DNA from: Vermamoeba vermiformis
Taxonomy: Eukaryota
Assembly (NCBI GenBank): GCA_045837725.1
Contig: JBEWZL010000213.1
Coordinates: forward strand, 186,001 to 237,448
Length of the DNA stretch: 51,448 nucleotides
Reading direction: 5' to 3'
Made by a program: the position numbers and the translations under genes. Below the pieces are notes generated by a model that saw nothing but the letters and a program-made list of their open reading frames with translations, searched no databases and was not told where the DNA came from. Below are positions 41,432-51,448 of this stretch, piece after piece; position 1 is the first letter of the stretch; every line of letters starts with the position of its first letter.

Positions 41432-44400
41432 ATGGAGGGAATTAAACAACAAGCTGCGCAACTGCGGCTTTTGATAAACAAAAATCTGAAAGTAGGGGTA
41501 AGTCATCGTACATTATTAAGATTTTTTTTGCTATATTATTGTTTGATTTAATTTTGAAATGTTGATCAGATCAGAAACTGGTACTTCACGCTTATTCTGC
41601 TGTTATTGCCGGCAATATTTTTATTGCTATTCTGGGTGATGCAGATCTCTTTATTTCCTACTCTCGTATCAGGAGGAAATGTGCGCACTTTGGATTTAAA
41701 CACGATCCCTCCCTGCACAACACTCCTCAGTACTAAAGCTCACTGCATCACAATCGGTTATGCTCCCACTAATAGTACATATTACACTATAATGAAAATC
41801 TTGGCCGAGCAACATCATCTGAGCATTGCGACGGATGTCAACAATGCGACAGATCAAACTTACGACGTTGTTGGTTTTGATAGTCAAGACAAGATTGAAA
41901 CCTACGCGAAAACGTATCCGAATGCAACGCAAGCATGTAAGCAGTATTATTTCTCGGTCCGCCGTACTAATTTTTTGTGCGTCCAGTTGTGATCTTCTCA
42001 TCTCCCACGAGCTACGGTATTTATTATCAAGATCGATGGTTCGATATCTTTTTTGCTCAAACCGTCGACGATGCAAATATCTCACCACAAGTTCAAGTCG
42101 CTATGGATCAAGCCATCCGTAAGTCCCTCTCAGTTCGCTCTTTTTGAACTTCGCCAATACTTTATTTTGGACCAGTGACTTGGAAACTAAGACAAGTGGA
42201 GAATGATGAAAGTGCAGAGTATAAACTGAGCGTTCAGCGTCACCTCAATAAGGCAACGGGCGATTACATGGCAAAGCGAGGTAAGTTATTTGGAGTCGTG
42301 AATGGACAATATCTAATAGGACCATAATAGCGTCTATGTGGTCCACGTTTGGCATGATCTTCTTGTATTTGGGCATGATAGTATACGCGTTCAATTTGTC
42401 CAGCAAGATCCACGACGAACGCTCCCTTCAGTTAGTGCACGGCCTTAAAATCGCGGGCATGCTGAACGGACCGTTTTGGATGTCTTGGTTCTTGACTTAT
42501 GCGCTGTACTCATTGATCTCCTCTATTTTTGTCATTGGTACGTACTCCGGACTAGATATTTTGGCCAAACTAACTGGGCATTTAGTCGTTGGTTATGCGC
42601 TTCAATTGCCTTACTTCGTCTATTGCAACTTTATGGTTTCGCTGTTGACGCTCTGGCTTGGATATTTGGCCACAATTTCGTTTGTCTTGTGGTTATCTTC
42701 GTGGATCCACCGTGCCGTCGTCAATAGTACGTAGAACAGTATTTTAACCATAATGTAATAACCCTGGCGCAGGTTTGTTACTATCATTCTTTATGCTCGT
42801 GCAAATTGGTCTTGTTTGGCTCTACGGTTGGTCATTGTGAGTCATTCTTGCCGCTCACTCCTTGTACTGACACGCCCCTATAGAATGGCCGTTCAAACTA
42901 TGTACAGCTCTGCTGGCGTAATTTCATCGTTTTTGATTTATTCCTGCTCATTCGGAGGATTGTTCGCTCACATCAACTCCAGAACACTGACCTACGACGC
43001 TAACAATAATCCGGTTGTGCCGAAGAGTAAGCAGCGAAGATTTAGTTCTAAGGTGATCTAACGAGATTTGCAGCCTTCACTTGGTCAGACTTGTACGATT
43101 CTTCCTATGACGGTGATCTTATTATCACAGCGAGTGGTTTAATGATCTACTTGCTGTTAAACATCGCTGTGGCATTGTTTTTTGCTTGGCACTTTGACTA
43201 CGTGTGGCCTGGCAAATACGGCATTCCCAAACGTATGTTCTTCTTCTTTTCGCCCACGGTAAGTTGACAAGCCTCGTCGCTTCGTGTTCTAATATTTGCG
43301 TAGTTCTGGAGCTTAACCAAGTCGGAGTCTATCGTCGATATTAGCGCGTTTGATGCGTCAAAGATCAACTCTGTAAGTAACTGTTATTCTTATACTGTAT
43401 GGGTGCTTATAAACTGAGTCTAGGTTGTCTCGGATCTTGATCCGTACATCAACGCTGAAAACGAATTTGCTGTCAGAGCAGCTAAACGTCGCGATCCAGA
43501 CGTGTTATTAAAAGTGCTTCGTCTGTCCAAGACATTCAAAAAAGGACGAAGTGCTAATGCTCAGGACGCACGCGCTCTTGATATGGTTTCTCTCGCGGGA
43601 ACGAAGAATTCAATTCTTTGTATTCTCGGACACAACGGTGCTGGTAAAACGACCCTACTAAATGTAAGTCGTGCATATGACAATCGGCCATGAGGTTTAA
43701 TATTCGTTGCAGCTGCTGACAGGTGTGTTTGCTCCAAGTTACGGAGAGGCATTCATTGGTGACTCTTCAATTACTGACAGCATCGATACCATCCGAAATA
43801 TGATTGGTGTAAGTACGACTGCGATTACTAGCTCTGTATTGACACAACGCAGGTTTGCTCCCAAGAAGATATTTTGTGGCCCAAGCTCACGGCTCGTGAA
43901 CACTTAGAATTGTTTGGCACTTTGAAGCGCATTCCTAAGGACCAACTTGCCGAGGCTATTGACAAACAGCTGAAACAAGTCGGACTTACTTTCGCTGCAG
44001 ATCGTTTGGCAGTCACATTCTCTGGTGGTATGAAACGCCGTTTGTCCGTCGCTATTAGCAGTCTCGGAAATCCTGCAGTGATTTTCTTGGACGAACCAAC
44101 GACTGGATTGGATCCAAGGTACATACTTTGCATAGAATCTTTTGAACATAACTAACTAACGAGAGAACAGCAACAAACGACAACTTTGGGATGTTATCGA
44201 AGAGATGAAGAAAGATCGTTTGATCGTGCTCACCACGCACTCGATGGCCGAAGCAGATCACCTGGGTGACAAGATCGCCATCTTGGCACTTGGCCGATTG
44301 CGCGCTATTGGTAGCAGCTTGCATTTGAAGAATCAATTCGGCGTTGGCTATCATTTGAACTTGGTTTGCAACGAACCGGAAGACGTGTCCGTAGCCAAGC

Positions 44401-45246
44401 AAAAAATGGAAGAGTTCTTCCCCATGGCTACGCTCGAAACTGAAAGCGCCAACAACCTTAGCTACTCGATTACACAGTTGCGTGTCGAACAGCTGTCGCC
44501 TTTCTTGAGCTGGATTGAGAACGAAGGAGCCCTGGAGCGCAAAGCGAACAATAATGCTCGTGGTAAAGCAATCCTGCTCGATTGGGGATTGTCACAAACA
44601 AGTAAGCAACAGCCCTAGTGCAACATCAACGGTACTAACACATTGCATTATAGCCCTGGAAGAAGTGTTCTTGCGTGTAACACACGGCAATGCATCGGTG
44701 CACGAGCAGGATGCTGAAGAGAAGGATAAGGCGCCTTCAACGGCCCAACGTGAACTCAAGATTGTTCTCGGTGAGGATTATTCCAACCCACTGGGTTCCA
44801 TTCTCATCGATGCATCCACGACTGCGCACGAATGTCGCGAACTTGTCGAAGCGAACCCTGCCATCGCGAAGTTCGTCAATGGATTCACCTACAGTATTCT
44901 GTTTAACGGTGTTCCGCTTCGAGTGTCGGAGGAGCACTCTACAAAGGCAACTGACTTCCTGCCGCTGATGGCTCTGCAAGTAAACGCCAAACAAGAAACT
45001 AAAGCCGTCTCAGCCAAACAGTATCAAGAGGTAACGAGCACTCAGATTTGTTAGACTGTTTACTCACCAATTTGCGTTCAGTTAGTAAAGCAACACGAAG
45101 ATCTTGTGGCCAAGTACCAAGCACTCGTCAAAGATCTTGAGTTAGCGAGAGAATCGTTGCAAGAAGTGGCTCAATTGCGCGTAGAGTGTGAACAATACAA
45201 AATGCGAATTCAAGAACTGGAGCATAGGTTAATGGAGAAGCAATAA
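41432..45246 (+). CDS. ABC transporter subfamily A, half-size, with C-terminal extension and coiled coil
   Basis: AQLRLLINKN; WHFDYVWPGKYGIP; GHNGAGKTT; FSGGMKRRLS; FLDEPTTGLDP; LTTHSMAEADHLGD; SQTTLEEVFL; stop 45244-45246. Confidence 0.93.
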
Positions 45247-45795
45247 AGGTCTGAGATTACCGGTTTACAGCCGTAAAATGATCGCTAGCCTCGATCAATA
45301 AATAAGCGGTCTAGTGGTCCAAAATTCTCATTATAAGACAAAGATAAATTTTAAAGATATCTTTTCGCTTTTCATGGACTACAAGAATAATAAACCTGAC
45401 ACTTCCGATCCGAGAGCCAGCAGAGTATTAAAACCAACAAGATCCGCTGGCATCATTATAAATTACAAGGGCGTGTTTGTATGTACAAAGAAGAAGACTA
45501 AAATACTTCAATGGGACGCAAAGTGTCAGTTGTCATCGATCCAAGATTCTCGGGTATTTTCCGACGAACCTCCAAAATTACTGCTTTTCCAAGCGAGACA
45601 ATTATAGGCGAGACGTTCCTGTTGTACTATTAGCTATTTGTTTGCTTGATTTAAAGTCTGAAACACATTACGGGTCATGTCAAATGTCAGTTTCGCGAAA
45701 AGTCACGTTGCTCATCGCGTGACTTCATAAATAAACTGCTTATCGGAGAGGCACCTAATCAATTGCTAACTAATAGCAGCACAGCGCATCCAATA

Positions 45796-48700
45796 ATGTT
45801 TATCAACAGAGATCGATTAAACATAATCGTTTTCTGGTTGCCGTGTTTGTTTATCGCCGGAATAGTAACGCAAGATGTTACTCCGAGAGCGAGGTACGGA
45901 GCAGGTGGCTGGACATCACTCGACGGAGACTTGTGGCTTTTTGGTGGAATCGTGTTCGATAACGGTAATTATAGTTAAATACAATCTACGAATTCTGTAA
46001 ACATTGGATTAGCTCCGTACTATAATTGTGTATTGTTTTCAGACTTTTTTTTTGACGTGCAAAAAAGGCTCGAAATTGTTTTTGAAATTTTTTCTTTTTA
46101 CAAGCACTAACGTACCACTAACGAAATATTAATTATTAGCGAGTTATACTCCATTGACGAACGATTTATGGAGATTTACGTCAGAAACGTCAACTTGGGA
46201 TTGGATTCGCGGCTCACAAGCGCCAATGGCTCCCACTGTGTTTGGGACATTTGGCGTTCCTTCTATTTCATCAAATCCGGGATCCAGATACTTATTCGCG
46301 AGTTGGACTGACTTTCGAGGAGACTTGTGGCTCTTTGGTTACGTTATTTCGGGTAATTGGATAATTAAAATAACAAAAATTCAACTTAATTAATTAAAAT
46401 ATTATAGGCGATTATTACAACGATTTATGGCGATATAGACTCTCAACAAACGAATGGGCGTGGATGGGCGGCTCAGATCAAAATTCAAACGTGCTTGGAA
46501 TTTATAACACGCGCACTGTTCCGGACGATACTACATACCCTGGTTCTCGCGCCCTAACAGCATATACAACAAGTCCAAACGGAACACTGTTTTACCTATT
46601 CGGCGGTGACGGTTATAATGAGATTAAACGAGGTATGAGTTACTTTTAGTTGCTCAATATTAGTACGTTACGTTCATGATCTAATCTTTTGTTAAAGAGA
46701 TCGTGTTGCCAGATCTTTGGCGCTACAATGTGGAAACCAATCAATGGACTTGGTTGAGCGGCAATTCTACTGGCCGTAATTTAGGCAATAACGGGACGCT
46801 GGGTGTTGCCTCTGGAGGTATTCCGGGCAATCGGCAGCGCGCACATATTTGGGCTTCTGACGATTATTTGTGGCTTTTTGCCGGTTACGGTCAATTTATT
46901 AATACCGGTAGTAAGTACAAACTGTTTGAAGTATTGCGTGCTATCATTTACGGTTTTTTAGTCAACTTCAACGATTTTTGGCGATATGACCTGAACAATG
47001 ACACGTGGACTTGGCTCGGAGGTTATTCTGGACCGGGCAACTACGGTCAATTCAGAGTCCCCAGTGCTAGTAATTGGCCTGGCAGTCGTGTCGGTGGAGT
47101 CTATTGGACGCTTGGCACAACTCTTTACCTGTTTGGAGGCGAAGGGTACGGAGAAACAGCCACCGGAAGTACAGGTAACACGGTTGCAACTTAGTAGCTA
47201 ACATTAAGCTAACGTTAGTGCAGATTTACTTAACGATCTATGGAGTTACGATACCACAACAAACATGTGGACGTGGCTTCATGGCAGTAAAGAGGTCAGA
47301 CAAACCGGATCTTACGTCGTTGTCAACGGCAGTACCGAATATCAGTATCCTGGGGCTAGAAGAGATGCAACGGGCTGGGTTAGCGCAAAAAGTGGCTTGT
47401 TGTATTTGTTTGGCGGCTATGGACTTGGTTCTGTGCAAGGAGGTAACCGACCAAGATCCGCTGGAGTTCGGCGTGGTAAACTGACGCTTTAACAAATAGC
47501 TGGTATGATGAACGACCTCTGGGTGTTCAACACGAGTAATAATCAATGGAGATGGATTTCTGGCAGCAATATCATCAACCAAATTGGAGCCTTTTGTCCA
47601 GCCAATTCTGAAGCGAATCCGGTCACTCTCGAAGGCTGTACTTTACGTAATTATCATTCCTCGCCCAGCATAACGAGCTAACAAACTATTATTTACGTAG
47701 TGTGTGGTAACAATAGAACCGATGCTGGAGAAGAGTGCCAGACTGGAGCTGGTTGCGTGCAGTGCCGCTGCCAATCCCCTTACGTAGTGGGAAATCCATC
47801 GCTGAGCTGCACGCGTAAGCACTTATCTAAGCAATTCCTTATGGATTAACGTTTATACGGTTAGTTTGCGGAAATAACCAATTAGACGACAACGAACAAT
47901 GCGACGGTGGTTCGAACTGTCAAAATTGTACTTGTGTGGCAGGAACTGTTTCAATTAATGGAAACTGTTCAAGTAAGTCTTAGCTGATCTCTCAATTCGA
48001 TTTTAACTGCAGTTTTAGCGTGTGGAAATGGAGTAATCGATTCAGGAGAAGAGTGTGACGGAGGCACGGGCTGTTTATCGAGCTGTGTTTGTGACAACTC
48101 GCAATACTACCTGCCTTTTAATCCTGCAGCTGCGTATTGTACCAGTAAGTGGTAAAAATAATAGGTTGAAGTGCGACGGCAATTAACTTATCTTGTAGAG
48201 AGCGAAGGCGCACCATGGCAAATTGCCGTCGCAGCAGTTGTTCCTTCCGTAGCGCTTATCGCTGGGGCGTTCGTTGGTGCTTTCTTTTATCTAAAAAGAT
48301 TGCGCAAGAAACAAAGGAAAGCAGTCGATAACACGTACATAGAAATGGCCAATTCGTTCCTGAATCTGCCAACCGCGCTTTACATACCGTTCTCGGCAAT
48401 AACCATCCACGAGATTATCGGCGAAGGAAGTTATGGCAATGTTTACCTTGCTGATTGGAATGGCACTCGTGTTGCTCTAAAAGCACCCAAAAAGGAATAC
48501 ACGTCACAGTTTCTTGAAGAGCTTCGCGTGATGTCGCGCATCAAGTAAGGCTATCAATAATCTTCTGAATCGCTCTAATTGGTATTTAGACCACACGACA
48601 ACATTGTTCGACTTTATGGCTATTCAATTCGTGATAGTGAGACTGTGTACGTTGTTATGGAATTTTGTGCACAGTCGAGTTTGGACAAGTTATTGTACGA

Positions 48701-49190
48701 TACTGATCGTCCACTCTCGCTTGATCAGAAGATTTTGTGGATCAAACAGATCGCAGCAGGACTCTGTCACTTGCATGAAAATCAAGTTATTCACCGAGAC
48801 ATTGCTGCACGCAACATTCTAATGTCCGACAACGTTGCGAAGCTTTCAGATTTTGGCATGTCGCGCCAAGTGACCGTGGACAAAGGAATGACGAAATCTG
48901 AAGTAGGGCCATTACGTTGGATGGCACCTGAATCTATTCGCGACCGTGTCTACTCAACAAAAACTGACGTGTGGATGTTTGGATGCTGCGTGTATGAAAT
49001 TTTGGTGCAACACGAGCCGCACGCAAATGGTGATCCTATCCAGACTGCTATCAAAATTCAAAACGAGAACTTGACACCTGAAATTCCTGAGGTGCTCAGT
49101 GAAAATATGGCTTCACTGCTTAGGGCCTGCTGGAACCCTTCCCCAAATAACAGACCAAGCATGACCGAAATTGTGGCCCATTTTCAATAA
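45796..49190 (+). CDS. Receptor kinase: Kelch-like propeller, three Myxococcus-type Cys-rich repeats, TM, tyrosine-kinase-type domain
   Basis: Repeated PGSR..W..LWLFGG..NDLW..WTW; CGNNRTDAGEEC, CGNNQLDDNEQCDGG, CGNGVIDSGEECDGG; TM IAVAAVVPSVALIAGAFVGAFFYL; GEGSYG, HRDIAARN, DFG, VGPLRWMAPE. Confidence 0.92.
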
Positions 49191-49199
49191 AATAATTGT

Positions 49200-50400
49200 T
49201 TCTAAGCAAATCATCCACCAACAGTCAAATTAAATATTTACCATAGATAACATACCTCTGCAAACAAAATTACCTTCATCACCTCATGTCTGTCATGACC
49301 TGCAAATTCTCATGATGTATTGAGAATTGTACTTTAAATATAACCAGGTTGTAGTACTATTGTTCAACACTTATGTTGGTGCAAAATTAAGAGGATAGGA
49401 TGCATTTGTTGCGACGGCCAGTATGATGTGCTATGCTTTGACACTGCCACTGGATAGTATGTAACTAGCCCTTGCAGCTGCATTCTTTTCTTTGACATCT
49501 TGTCACATCTGCTTCAAGAGAGATTTGCAAATCAGGAGGTGCTGTTCACTTTTAATTCATTGAGGGTGAAAGAAGATATCTCAATGTCATTCCAAGATTG
49601 TACAATTTCAACTGACCCCTTAAAAGACAATCCTCAGCAAGTTTACTTAGATTAAATTTGACTTGCTTCCCTTCAAAGTCATTGTTGCCAAAGGAAGTCA
49701 TCTTTGGAGTCTACATGTGGTTAGGAGTTGATGTCCCATAGTTCTGTGCAGGCACCTTTAACACTGCAGGCGCATGGCCAGTCTTTTTTATGTTTGCTCT
49801 CATGTACTATGCGTATTTAAGAAAATCCTTATTGTTTTTAATTTTTGTTTCGAATTTTGACTAAGTTATTTTATAGCAATATGACTCTAAGATTTGATCC
49901 TGCTTGGACTACAAAAGTTGGTGACTCATTCCTGTGCACTTTCGACGGATGCCCAAAATCCTTCAAACATGCGAGAACTGCTACTGGTCACTTTCGCCAG
50001 GATAAATCTTGAAGCCAAAAGTTCTGCCAGCACTGCAAATCTGAGTTCAGCAAGGACAAATGCCTTCAAAATCATCTTCGTGGAGGAGCATTAATATGGC
50101 TTTAGGGTTTGGGCTTATGCTTCGCTTTTCGGGCCCCTGGATCTCTAACGAAATTTCACCGAAATTTCCAGGAGTTGTTCCATGCAGCGAGGACCGAAGG
50201 CCCGAGCGCATCGCACCAAGTCCCATTACATTTGGTGATAGTGATGCAGAGATTATATACCCTTTAGGGTTAGGGCTGGTGGGGCTGCGGTTGGGTGTGA
50301 GGCAAGTCAGCCACAGAGGCCAATCAAACATTTGTACAAATCAGCCGCCACCCATGGCCAATGTATGTGACATTAAATAAACAAGATGTTTGGAGTAGCC
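49200..50400 (-). pseudogene. Probable decayed gene or element remnant in the subtelomere
   Basis: Intron-like GT..AG segments and coding-like frames broken by stops on the minus strand (for example EQHLLICKSLLKQM*QDVKEKNAAARASYI); very few CpGs in 49201-49800. Confidence 0.35.
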
Positions 50401-50425
50401 TGTATACTGGGAAATTGGTGCCTTA

Positions 50426-51161
50426 GTTGATAACTGACCCTGTCCGCCAGGTGGACGGGGGCACGTTATCAACCCATGCTACACTGGGAAAGTAAATAGT
50501 ACCTAACCTGCCAGGTTCAGCCTGAGGTATACCCAGTTATAAAATTGATGGATACCCGTCCGCCTGGCGGACGGGGGTATATTAATTTAATAAGGACCCG
50601 TCCGCCTGGCGGACGGGGGGGTGCTGTATCCACCTCGGGATCGCTGTCATGTACCTTTACCTCCTGCATCAGGTTTGTAGCAAATACCTCAACCTGATAG
50701 GTTCAGCATCAGGTACATACTCAATGCTAATGCACAACCTCAACCTCACTAGGTGCTTACTTTATACCTGACCTGTGTGGTTCAGCCTCAGGTATGTTGG
50801 GCTTGAAATACTTGATGGATACCCGTCCGCCAGGGGGACGGGGGTATATTTATTTAATAGGACCCCGTCCGCCAGGGGGGATGGGGGGGGGGCATAAAGC
50901 CAATTACAAGTATCAGCAACGTCGTGCGGCTGATTCCGCATTGAGGTCAGGTTGGAAAGTAGTACCTAACCTTTCAGGTTCAGCCTCAGAAATCCGCAAA
51001 TTACAAAATTGGTTGATACCCGTCCGCCAAGGGGACGGGGGTATATTTATTTAATAAGACCCCGTCCGCCAGGGGGACGGGGGGGGGGCCTTACGGCCAA
51101 TTACAAGTACCGAATTATTGATTAATTCAAGCCTCGTGCGGCTAATTCCGCATCGAGGTCA
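50426..51161. repeat. Subtelomeric modular array of palindromic motifs
   Basis: CCCGTCCGCC-W-GGSGGACGGG-like palindromes at 50438, 50555, 50597, 50822, 50864, 51019, 51061; TACCT..ACCT..GGTTCAGC..AG motif at 50500, 50685, 50765, 50963; CGTGCGGCTRATTCCGCATYGAGGTCA at 50923 and 51135. Confidence 0.93.
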
Positions 51162-51237
51162 ACAAAAGGTCCTACGGATTCATCAAGCTGGCCGGTGAGA
51201 GCTAAAAACAAATCAATTAGTAAAATTTTCACAAAAT

Positions 51238-51448
51238 GGGGTTAGGGTTAGGGTTAGGGTTAGGGTTAGGGTTGAGGGTTAGGGTTAGGGTTAGGGTTAG
51301 GGTTAGGGTTAGGGTTAGGGTTAGGGTTAGGGTTAGGGTTAGGGTTAGGGTTAGGGTTAGGGTTAGGGTTAGGGTTAGGGTTAGGGTTAGGGTTAGGGTT
51401 AGGGTTAGGGTTAGGGTTAGGGTTAGGGTTAGGGTTAGGGTTAGGGTT
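51238..51448 (+). repeat. Telomere (TTAGGG)n, about 35 units, chromosome right end
   Basis: TTAGGG array to the end of the window with the G-rich strand oriented towards the terminus; one TTGAGGG variant at 51272-51278. Confidence 0.99.

Noticed and set aside
45314-45722. Intergenic ORFs of 97 and 81 aa
   Set aside because: No recognisable motif or splice connection to neighbouring genes
50794-51054. 86-aa ORF with repeated RPPGG
   Set aside because: By-product of the DNA palindromes
50426-51161. Palindromic repeats as a CRISPR array
   Set aside because: Spacers are themselves repeated and irregular, there are no cas genes and the context is a eukaryotic subtelomere
51272-51278. TTGAGGG variant telomere unit
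   Set aside because: Single proximal variant, ordinary or a read error

Overview
This is the terminal 51 kb of a chromosome arm from a gene-dense, intron-rich microbial eukaryote. The gene repertoire (HRDLAARN-type receptor kinases, a Zn2Cys6 factor, half-size ABCA transporters) and the 5S sequence suggest Amoebozoa, which is an inference. It holds about 20 multi-exon protein-coding genes, mostly with 40-200 nt GT-AG introns, then a degenerate CpG-poor stretch, a modular subtelomeric hairpin array (50426-51161) and about 35 TTAGGG repeats running to the end. Main observations: (1) a complete 119-nt 5S rRNA gene nested in sense orientation in the unusually long intron next to the PLP-lysine codon of a class III aminotransferase, preceded by a 79-nt duplication carrying a hairpin and a truncated 5S 5' end; (2) subtelomeric pairs of 21-bp GC palindromes spaced exactly 42 bp apart and interleaved with two other hairpin motifs; (3) the palindrome TGACACGTGTCA in introns of three unrelated genes; (4) a head-to-head pair of ABCA half-transporters, a SpoU-like probable pseudo-enzyme, a multi-TM/DUF4395 fusion and local CpG depletion over a kinase gene. 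Gene models were spliced by eye and no database searches were run.
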